Assembly: GCA_002104905.1 (NCBI GenBank) | Contig: MCFE01000811.1 | Span: 1 to 33,861, forward strand | Reading direction: 5' to 3' | Length of the DNA stretch: 33,861 bases | From: Basidiobolus meristosporus CBS 931.73 | Lineage: Eukaryota; Fungi; Basidiobolomycota | Shown: one piece after another, positions 11,649-21,659 of the stretch | Position numbering within the stretch: the stretch's first letter is position 1 | Layout: every line of letters begins with the position of its first letter | Position numbers and translations under genes: made by a program | The notes under the pieces: generated by a model | Databases searched by the model: none | What the model saw: the letters and a program-made list of their open reading frames with translations, nothing else | What the model was told of the DNA's origin: nothing

Positions 11649-13187
11649 TCACCATTTCACGCCTCGGAAGAGCCCGGTGCACAGTTCGATTTGGTTCTGG
11701 CGAGAGGATGATTAGAGATGTGAGACAGATATGGATCACGGTTCCATCCCGAACTTACCCAATCGACCGACCACACCTCTCCAAACTCCAGATCTATCCC
11801 CTTCTCCTCCGTGACAACGCTGAGGGCGGCGATGGTGAGCACGGAGGCGGAAAACTCCAGGAACCTCCAATCTGTTGGGTGGATAGGTTAGTGTCTTCAA
11901 TGGGCCAAACATGAGGAATCCCCGTACCGACGACCGCCACCAGCCAGCACTTCTCAATGGAATCCAGCAGCAGCTCCATCACATCAAGGCTCACCAACTC
12001 GGCGAGTATCATGTATGGAGTGATCACCGAGGTGGACCAGTCGAGCAGTTTGAGCAGCTCTATCTCGTATATCTTCCCCATTAAACGGCAACAATGTTAG
12101 TGATGTTCCCATGCCGGAGATCCGCCACAATCATGAATACCCGTAACGCGGCCGTCTCCAGACGGCACACCCGGCCCACCCGGTGAACGAACCCCTCCAG
12201 ATCTTCCTCGCACGATTTCCCCGCTATCACGAAGCAGGTGATGGCCAGGTTTCTGGGGTTCACCTGTTGGGTTATGATGCAGTTGGTCAGGCACTGGACG
12301 AAGTAAGATGTGGCGTGGAAGACGGTCTCGATGTGAAAGTTGAATTCCTGCGTTAACTGAACCACGGGTGAGTCAGGGAAGATGAGCGGGGCCAGCGGGC
12401 CATTTACCTGTAGTATGATGTCCACCCCTATTCTCCAGTCGGCCTCGACGATCCTGTCCAGGTTCGAGTGTTCCTTTTCGGTGTACAGCATCTTCCGGAA
12501 CGCATCGGTCGTCTTGAGTCGTATCCAGTACTTCTCGATCTCGTACTCCGGTTCCAGAATGACCGGGGAGCTTGTGTACTCGATGTAGGTTCCGCCGTCG
12601 GTGAACTCCAGGCATTCTCCGTACCGGCTTCGGGATCCGGGGGAGAGGTTGGGTGACACCCAACAGCATTCGGTGGAGATCGACCGATGTGGCTCGATTA
12701 CCACCACATCGCAATCCACCTCACGAGTCTTTTTACAGGTGGGGCTGGTGTAAACAAGCGGCTCGTGAAACACATTGAACTCGTCTTGTGAGTAAGGGGT
12801 GGAGTTGGTCGAGGAAAACGGCGAGAGCTCCTCGACCTCCAGCAACGCGACGTGCTCCGGGTTGGCCACGAACCGTGAGGTCTTTTTGGGAGTTAATCCA
12901 CTCACACGCAATGACTTGGAGATCCCTAACGCCGGTTGCTTCAGGCTGTTGCCAGTCATCACTGTGAGGTTATTGGCCACCCGTTTGGTGGAAAAAAAAG
13001 GGGCCTCCGCAAAGCTGAAGTCTTCTGTGTAGTCGTCATCGAATTCATTCCAATATTCCGGATCGTATCTGCTTGAGTAAGCCATCGTATCGTTGGTGAT
13101 TCCCAAGTCGACCAAACCAATTCCACTCAAAGTTTGAAGCCCAGTCGCCCAGTCCCTACCATTTATACAAACCTGGCCATCCTGCAT
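11649..13187 (-). CDS. Divergent cyclin-fold protein, about 433 aa; exons 13187-12408, 12356-12141, 12072-11928, 11871-11759, 11696-11649
   Basis: Four GT-AG introns (51, 68, 56, 62 nt) with CTRAY-like branch sites join three track ORFs plus a short last exon in frame. The spliced product has cyclin-box-like DWRIGVDIILQLTQEFNFHIETVFHATSYFVQCL, NLAITCFVIAGKSCEE, IYEIELLKLLDW..VITPY and DWRFLEFSASVLTIAAL. The start could instead be the ATG at 13085. Confidence 0.78.
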
Positions 13188-13496
13188 CGATCATAGCTAG
13201 CTAGGTGGGGACTACATCCCGGAAGGATCAACCACATCGTGGGCTGACACGTTTAACGTGCTCCATGCAGCGAAGGATGGTCGTCATGAGGATCTGGCTG
13301 CATGCCTTCGGCTGTATGATCCAGCACATATTTGCCTCAGCCACGACTAATTTTAGAAATCAGGGATCAACGAACCCAACCACCTAGTCGCCTATATAAT
13401 CCCTGAGTACCACTACGAAACCAGGGATGGTGCATGCTTCCACCCACCCATCATCTCCACCATCTTTTAGCTTGAGCCGCCCATTTGTTTGGAGAG
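13188..13496. promoter_or_regulatory. Probable bidirectional promoter between the cyclin-like and NXPE-like genes
   Basis: 309-bp head-to-head gap with a TATATAA at about 13393; function is inferred from geometry only. Confidence 0.4.
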
Positions 13497-14958
13497 ATGC
13501 CATTAGCGAACTTTTCGACGTTCGGTTGGGTTTGTCAGAAGATCGGGTTTCTCGTCGTACTGGGAATCTTGTTCTTCCTGATCACTTTGTTCTCCCGTAT
13601 CGCTCCACGCAGGGCCGATTTCGACGTGGAGTACACCTTGCACTCGAGTCCCTCGCCAGAGGAGGAGGAGCTGGCCGCGTACGTGGAGAAGTATGTCCCA
13701 CCGCAGTGTCCCTCCGAGGTGGCTCTGTCGACCAGGGATGAGCTGGCTACAAAGAACTTTTACTTCGACTGCGAGGTGCTAACAAGGCCCGGACTCACCC
13801 GTTGGCGGGTGTTGAACTGCAAGAGCACCGAGCGTTGCGGCCTGGGACACCTGGTGGTCCAGCCCTACGATTACACCCAATGCCAGCAGCTCAAAAGCGA
13901 GGTGCTCAGTATGAACCAAACGTTCGACTCCTTTTTGAAAGAGAAGTTCGGCCCGGACGCTTTCGTGGCCAGGGTCCATGGGAGTCAGTTGTACGCCATG
14001 GACCAGTGGATATTCACGGACGACTGCACCTACAAGTTCCCCTATCACCTGCCCTCGAAATCCGATCTGTTCCTGGATCTGGTCCACCTTAGCTCCGGAT
14101 ACAATGCCGTCAGCGAAATGCGAACTTCGAACGGCGAGGCTTCCCAAACAGTCCTCAAGAGCCACGCGCTACATCTGTGCGATGAATGCGTTCCCACAAA
14201 CCCCTCCCACGACAGACCGGTTTGCCAGCCCGACCAAGAGCTCAATGGTATCCTGGTGGCCTCTGGGGACGGGAAGCCCGTATGGAGACCGGCGGGGTGC
14301 ATTGTACCTATCGTGGACAGGGGTTGTCTGGTCAGTAAACGAAGAATCATCTTTTTAGGAGACCCGCTCCTCCACGACGTGATGAACGAGATGTTTCGTA
14401 GATTCTCTTCGGAAACAAATCAGCCAGCAGATCCCCTCACCACCCTTCTGCAGGCGGGGAATGTGAGGGGGATCTTCCTGAAACATTCGGGCTTCCTGAC
14501 CACCGAGCTGCTCACCGAGATCAAGCAGGCTGATACCGTGGTGCTTAGTCTTCCTAGAAACCCGGACACAGCCATGTCCGACTACGTTGAGGTAAAGCAG
14601 CCTTGTCATGCGCTTCACCACCCATGTCCAACCCAGTTCACTAACCCCCAACCTGTAGCAAGGAGTCCACATCATCCAACAGATGCTGTCCATGTCAGAC
14701 ACACCGCCGACCATCCACAAAATCGACAACGGCGTACCGTACCAAGCCCGTGACCCCTGGTCCCAAATCTACCGCGAGCAACTTGGGAGCCGAATGATAT
14801 CCGAGCGATTCCATCCTTCTCCGAGCTTCCACTCCATCCACGCCTTTCAGGACTCCCTTTCCCTATTCGACATGGACCTGACCTACCCGACCCGGAAGGC
14901 TCTCTGGACCAGTATCCTGGTCGATCGACTGCTGGTGAAGTTGAAGTTCTGCGAGTAG
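13497..14958 (+). CDS. Type II membrane protein of the NXPE / PC-esterase (SGNH-like) family, about 464 aa; exons 13497-14591, 14659-14958
   Basis: N-terminal TM helix (IGFLVVLGILFFLITLF) and Cys-rich stem. CLVSKRRIIFLGDPLLHDVM resembles the CL.GK.I.F.GDS block. Intron 14592-14658 (GTAAAG..CTAAC..TAG) links in frame to ORF 14683. Confidence 0.65.
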
Positions 14959-16293
14959 TGTTCCCCTCTCTTTACCATCCTATCACACTCCTCAATCCAC
15001 AATCTATCCGAAATAAATCTCCCCCGTATCCGATCCGCTTGGATACCCTAAGTGACCGGCTTTGGATCGGAGGCTGGTTGAGGGGATGCTCTTCAAGGGT
15101 CACTGATCATACACCGGTACATCTGATCCTTGCTAGTCCCCCTTCTCCAAGGTCTAGGGGCGGACGTTTCATGGGCACCGGTCCTGACATGTGCCAATCC
15201 TCAGTTCCATCGGTTTGCCCCTCTGGATTTGGGACACCCTAGTCAGGTAATGGTTAGTGGGGATGCGATAGATCGCCAATAACACCGGGATCCATCAATG
15301 CCTTCATGCCTTCTTAACTCATCACGCGGGATCAAGTCATGGGTCTGGATCGATACCCTTTGAAGATGGAGATTTCCTCAGCCACCAGAATCTCCCCGGA
15401 TTGCCCAACGGTTCATTCCAAACTCCTTCGCTGTGGCAGGGATTGTTGCTTGACATCTAAGTATCTCGATTTCGCGCACTCTACTACCACTGGAATTTCC
15501 TTGGTAGGCGGTTGGCCATTATGGTCCTCTCTTACGGTACACCATTTGATACATATCGAATGGTAAGTATGGCATCAATTGCATAATGCAGCTCGGAGCA
15601 CAGCCTAGGTCTATGCAGTGTATCAAGGAACACTTACCTGCCAAATGGTCCTTTCAAAAAATCGGCCCGAGCATTGCAATGCCATTTGAGAATCCACGAA
15701 GATCCAACGGGAAGCGAACTACAGCAAAATCGGCATGCTGGGGATTTAGTGCAACCATGGTGAGCATCCATGTTGGAACTTCACCAGTGATTGGTGCTTG
15801 CCTGCAACTGCCAATCGCCAAAACAGCCAAGCCCATATGTATTTCTGACTATTTGCCAAGCTGTGGTGGCCGATATTGATATTAACTAACAAGGAGCTCC
15901 AACTACCAGAAGATGCCCGTGAATTCTGAATAGCTGGACTCCAGGCTAAAAAGGGCCTCCAAAAACAAATGGGGGCTTCCATCATGTACGTGGATGATAA
16001 AATGAACGATTTATATTTTGCAATACGTGCCATGGGAGGCTTAGCAACCTTGTAAGCACCTCCCAATTTTGATGCCGTAGTTGTGCAAAGTATAAGCTGG
16101 GGGGCGTTTCTACCATTTTAAAGCTGGTTAACAGCATCAGTGATGGTTCTGGGGATATAACTACAGGGATAAGTCAAGGGATAAGGTGGCTAGATGCAAA
16201 ACTCATGGTTGTGCTTGAAGTGTGGGCCAACCTGTGCTTGGGTTGTTGGGCCTACTTGTATTCCATATTTTGTGTATTTGGTGTGGTCACTAT

Positions 16294-17243
16294 TTACCTG
16301 GCAACCATCTTGAGCAATTTGGTGGCACTTGCCAAGCAAAGGTTCCGAGTTTGTCGCCCCTTTACCGAGAACAATGCGCAAATACCAAGGTGATCTGAGG
16401 GGTAAACCAGTTTAGCTGCTGTACTATCAATTGCATTCTCTCCAAAAGTGCGGATGGACAATGGGGTGAGGACATTCTCGTCTGTGGCATTACGCAACTT
16501 TACTCGATCAAACCGAATGGGACGATATTTAGGGTGAGGATAGTTGATGCCCATTGTATGGCCCAAGTCATTGGGCCGTAAGAGGCTCCAACAGTCTCGA
16601 AACCCATGGAGAGGAAAGATTCGATCCTCTTCGCGCTCGTCAAACATGTTGAAATCGCCCACAAGCAACGCACTCTCAGGTACACCATCGCACAGACTAG
16701 CTATTGCATGCTTGAACTGCTCTAAGCGGACCCTCTTACTGTTGCCCAAGCTTTCAAAATGAGAGGTGGCGACATTGATCTGTAGGTGCAAGAGCATGGT
16801 CAATGGCCTGCGAGGGTTGGAACCTATTTAGCTCCCAGTACCTTTCTTCCATTAATAGTATTCTCCAACAGTAATAACTTTCTGCCCATGCGAGATCGGA
16901 GAGTGACAAACCGCAAACGGTTCTGGACATCACGTAATTTTGTCATGGCAAATACTCCGTATGGAGCCAAAGTGTCACCTTGGTTGTCGGAAACGAGGTA
17001 GCACTGTTGAACCCAAGGGTCATCCAAGAATACTGGCAAGAACAACGGGATCATCTCTTGAAGACAAACAATGTCGGCATCCTGCTTCTTGAGCTCTTGG
17101 AGGATGGCTTTCATGCGTGTTCGGTAATTGCGCTCGTCAAAATGAATGTTGTATGTGACCACACTCAGTTGGTTGTATATCCTTGGCTGGGTGGTTGGAT
17201 TCTGTTTGTGTGGAACCCAGCAATCTCCCGAGAAGATGAACAT
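16294..17243 (-). CDS. TDP2: Endonuclease/exonuclease/phosphatase, TDP2-like, about 295 aa; exons 17243-16842, 16779-16294
   Basis: Intron 16841-16780 (GTACTG..CAG) joins two ORFs. The full EEP motif set is present: VVTYNI, VCLQE, TSHFES, GDFN, RFDR, SDH. The SDxxG..PYG and SRMGR segments are typical of TDP2-like proteins. Start and extreme C-terminus are uncertain. Confidence 0.75.
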
Positions 17244-17445
17244 CTTTATCTTTTCTCTGAGCAACTTGATTGTAGGCTTTTTATAGCTTAGTATGTGAAA
17301 TATATACACAGTCAGGTAGGTCGTGTGGTGGATGTGCCCAGTGGTTGCCAATCGATCATAGTATACTTACGGCATCAAATGCAATGACATGATTGTCACT
17401 ATACTTTATGCTAAACTTTCAATATTGCATTTCATATGAAAACAT

Positions 17446-17477
17446 ATTTAGATATATATATATATATATATCTAAAT
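17446..17477. repeat. Perfect 32-bp palindrome ATTTAG(AT)10CTAAAT at the gene/transposon boundary
   Basis: Read directly from the sequence; self-reverse-complementary. Confidence 0.9.
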
Positions 17478-17479
17478 GA

Positions 17480-19570
17480 TCTCCTACATTAATGTACATG
17501 AATTGGTTTTTGCCTCTTTTCACATACCCTACTTCCTGACTCAACTATTCATATTACTTTTCATGCATACAAATTGGTTTATTGCCAGTGAATCTTCAGT
17601 TATAACTCAATTGCAGATGGTACTGCCTTCTACAAGTCCCCATGGCCAGTACCAGCTTTTAGCCCAACCTTACATTTAGCAGGTAACCCCATTGAAATCC
17701 ACCATTAAATAAGTTTCTCTGACATAACACCCTTTGCCCATGACTCCAATGGGAACCCAGTGGCTTTGGGCCATCATTGGTTCACTGGTTCTCATACATC
17801 AGGTGTTCAGCTAGCACTGCAAAGTCTAGCACCTAATTTGCTAGTAGTTGCAATAAATCCATGCAATATTCAAGTGAATTTTCTTGGGCACTGCACTTGA
17901 AGAAGTGCAGCAACCACTTGCTGTGCCTATTAATGTTCCAGAGTTCCACTGTAGACCTTGTGCTAGTCATTCAACTTCTTGATATTGTTGCTTTACCTAT
18001 CAGTGGAATCTCCAATCTGTCAACAATGGAGGATGTGGAGATCATGGTAGACAAACTGCCTTTCTCTGCCAATTGATCTACCTCACCAGAGTGTAGCTCA
18101 ACTGGCTGTACATGGCACCCTTGTTCAACAGCTTAGAATAGGTTTCCACAATAAGGCTGCTTTAATGCCTGCAGCTTGTAATTCTTCACCCACTTTACAA
18201 TGTTGTGGCAAGATTGTTTTATGTGTTTGCTGTTTTTACTGCTTAATAAGGCAAAAGACTTGGTGGTGTTTGAACAGTCTTTCTGCAGGGTTTGAGTGGC
18301 ATTCAGGTGGTCTTAATTTGGTCTGCATTTATCTCAGTGGACCTAACAGACCAACACATGCAACTTCCTTAAATGGCAAAAAACTTGATTGTAACTCAAT
18401 GACCTTGATGCAAGCCTTTGTCATCATTACTGTGGCAGTACAGCAGCCTACAGTTGGTCCTCTATAATGCTATCCTACCATTTACCAGATGGTATTTCCT
18501 TTTTTACCTTCCCTTGTGCCAGTGATGTGCTCTACTTCAGATTTGCACCTCTGTATTTGCTTACCAACTACCATCTTGGATATACTGTATATAGTTTGAG
18601 TCAAAATCACTATGACCTCTTGCTTACCAGCCTTTATATGCACATGCACCCACTACAATTGACACACTTCAAACACTGCAACTTTGTAGCCACACAGTAT
18701 GATACTTCAAAAGCTGCCATCAACCTTGTATTGCTGGTAGTATATACATCTTGCAAACATTTGCTTAGCTGCCACCACAATTACTATGAATAACATTTAA
18801 ATATCTGTAAATACTTTTGGTATTTAAACAATGTATTCCTTCTCCCTGCTGGACTCTAGTCCCCCTACAGTTGAGCTGTGATCCTTCTTTGCAAAAATAC
18901 CATATTGAAAGGTGTAGAAATTGGCTTTGCCCAAGAGAAACTTAGCATAGTATAATAAAAACTACTTGCTTACTGTGTTCCACCCAAACTTACATCCCTT
19001 AACTGATTACCCACACATTTGGGTGTATAGCTTCCTACAGCCAAAAGAATGTGTGATCCTATGTGTCACAACCACATGACATCCCTGACCTTTCTTGATC
19101 TGGCCCTGCCCAGTTATTGAAGAAATCCCAGCTTCTTCCAGAACATTCTACTACAATCTAGTAACATCCTGAAGCCTCCAAGACAATGATACACAATTGA
19201 ACACTCTATAGAAGCATCCCATTATAATTGATGTAATTCCACACCATATATTATGAACATATTTCACATGCCCTAGTCAAATGATCAGCTGACCCTTTGC
19301 ATATCCATATGTGATATTCTAGTCTGTTCTTTAGTATATTTCTATCTCAGTGTGCTTGCTGTGCCTCACCTACAACCCCATCAGCATTAGCCTATATCTT
19401 TTGGCATCCATATTGCCAAAAAGTGATACTAACTTATGCAAAGTTTGGGATTTTGGCTCAACAATTTTATTCTTGACAAACTAGTGGCTTTATAACCATA
19501 AACTAGCCAGTAATATCCAGTATTCCTAAACAAGTTCCAGGAACTTCTCTGGCTCCTTATACCATGACAT
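17480..19570. other. Unclassified, CpG-free, stop-riddled relic sequence (probable old transposon)
   Basis: No CG dinucleotide seen, no ORF over about 110 aa, no recognisable domain in the frames translated by hand. Confidence 0.4.
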
Positions 19571-20188
19571 TGTTGTAAAAACCTGTAATTCCACCTAAAT
19601 ATTCACCAAACTGAGTCACTTAGATCAATACCCCCACATCTTAGAGAATACTGACCAAAATCCTTGTTGGGATTTACTTAGAATACTTTCACCAAGATAT
19701 AAGGTACCCAGTACATGAGAATTCTCAAAGTTGTTCAAACAGCCCTAAACTTTGCACACATGTTCTAAGGACCTTCCTGAACCTATTCTACATGTTTGTT
19801 ATGCCAAGTCCATGTAAAAGTATTAATACTACTGTTACATTCACTAAATCAGTTAATGCAGACCACATAATCCACTTATTCTCCCAATCACTTCCAATAT
19901 CACCAAGACTCCCACAACAGGCTAGGAGCCACAAGCTGTCACTCTCTGCAATGTCTATTACTGCTATTACTGGAAATTCTCCCTCTGCTGAAACATTGGA
20001 TGGATCTACCTACCAAGTGTGAAAGGTGAAGATGAAGATGCTGCTACAAGAAAGCGGCCTTTGGGTTATTGTCATGGGAGAAGAACACCCTTCTAAAAAT
20101 GTGGGAGAGGAAGCCTTAAAGTACCAGATGATAGAACAAAGTGCCTTTAACTGCATTTGCCTCTATGTTAAAGACAAATTGCTAATTC
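19571..20188 (+). mobile_element. Copia LTR L1 (19571-19919) plus degenerate PBS and about 270 bp of 5' gag
   Basis: TGTTGTAAAA...CACAACA, 349 bp, homologous to L2 and L3. Followed by a gag start (MSITAITGNSPSAETLDGSTYQV) that stops at an inverted LTR. Confidence 0.85.
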
Positions 20189-20320
20189 TGTTGTAAGAGT
20201 CTTGTAGATATTGGAAGTGATTGGGAGGACAAGTAGATTATATAGTTTTCACTTGATGAATTATTGAATGTATAAGTAGTATTTATACTTTAATGATCTT
20301 GGCATTACAAACATGTAGAA
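20189..20320 (-). mobile_element. Partial inverted copia LTR (terminal 132 bp), cut off by LTR L2
   Basis: Reverse complement of the LTR 3' end (TGTTGTAAGAGTCTTG...); matches 28394 onward. Confidence 0.85.
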
Positions 20321-20669
20321 TGTTGTAAAAATTTGTATTTCCACCTATATATTCACCTAACTTAGTCACTTAGATCATCACCTTCAACTCCAAGAGAATA
20401 CAGACCAAAATCCTTGTTGGGATTTACTTGGAATATTTTCACCAAAATATCAGATACTCAGAACATGAAAATTCTCAAAGTTGTCCAAACAGCCCCAGAC
20501 TTTGCACACATGCTCTTGAGACCTCCCTTAACCTATTCTATGTGCTTGTCATGCCAAGACCAGGTAAAAGTATAAACACTACTTTTACATTCAATAAATC
20601 ATTAAGTGAAAACCACATAATCTACTTGTCCTCCCAATCACTTCCAATATCTCCAAGACTCTTACAACA

Positions 20670-20681
20670 GGTTATGAGCCC
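20670..20681 (+). promoter_or_regulatory. Primer binding site complementary to the anticodon arm of initiator tRNA-Met (half-tRNA priming); second copy at 28125-28136
   Basis: GGTTATGAGCCC directly after LTR-terminal CA is the complement of GGGCUCAUAACC in fungal tRNA-iMet, as used by Ty5 and Drosophila copia. Confidence 0.8.
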
Positions 20682-21659
20682 CAAGCTGTCACTCTCTGCA
20701 ATGTCCACTACTGCTATTGCTGGAATTTTTCCCTCTGCTGAAAAGTTGGATGGATCTAACTACCAAGTGTGGAAGGTGAAGATGAAGATGCTGCTACAAG
20801 AAGGAGGCCTTTGGGATATTATCATGGGAGAAGAATGCCCTCCTAAGAATGTGGGAGAGGAAGCCTTAAAGTACCAGAAGAAAGAACAAAGTGCCTTTTA
20901 ATGCATTTGCCTTAATGTTCAAGACAGATTGCTAATTCAATGCTCAAGAACAAAAATGACAAAGAATGCCTGGAAAGCATTAGAAGACACCTACCAGTCA
21001 TGTTCAGCTGCCAAGAAAATGTATTTGAGACAAAAACTCTTTACTACAAAGATGCTGCCAGGAGAAGAAATGAAAAATCTAATTAACAGAATTACCCTGC
21101 TGTTAGATGAGATGGAATCTGTGGGTGTTGTGGTGGTGTATAAGCCAAAAGGGCAAAATATGGCCAACACTTCTCAAGTGTGAATGTGTGTGGAGTGTCC
21201 ACTGGGTGCAATAACCTCTGGCAAAAGCTTGCTAGGAACACTGGGTCTTTTGTCTAATCTAATGTGAAGGGGGATAAAGCCTCAAGCTTGTCAAGGGAAA
21301 ACTATTGAACTACAATCCCCAACTTAGTTGGCGTCTTAACAAAAGTTTATAATGGCTTTGACGTCCTTTGAGATAACAATGTACTAAAGCTTCCAAAGTC
21401 AAAACAACTGTAAACTCCACCAACAGGGACTTGATAAGAATGCAGCTTTGACCAATAGTTACAAAGACTGAAAAGTATCTTTGCCTGCACAAGAACAAAC
21501 TTGGGAAAACAATCAAATATAATAAAATATACCTACTCTGGGTATTCCTCACAAGTAGTGCCTCCAAGGTCAGTTGGCTGTCAGCGTGGTTTCCTGGGAG
21601 TATTGTCAGGTCTGAGTCAGAAAGTAGTGGTAATAGGTAGCAGTGATCTCACTAATTAA

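Noticed and set aside
13427-14729. Multiple overlapping ORFs of 96-128 aa in both strands
   Set aside because: Expected by-products of a GC-rich CDS.
14592-14753. C-terminus of the 422-aa track ORF (VKQPCHAL...TVPSP)
   Set aside because: Read-through into a canonical intron; splicing to 14659 gives a better model.
15490-15570. CHTYHSICIKWC on the minus strand resembling a RING-H2 half
   Set aside because: Spacing is wrong, an upstream stop is present and there is no first half of the RING.
20428-20700. ORFs such as MEYFHQNIR.. and MFAMPRPCK.. (also 19792, 27997) and the LTR ORFs at 21310, 33036 and 33151
   Set aside because: Chance frames inside LTRs; they recur only because the LTR is repeated.
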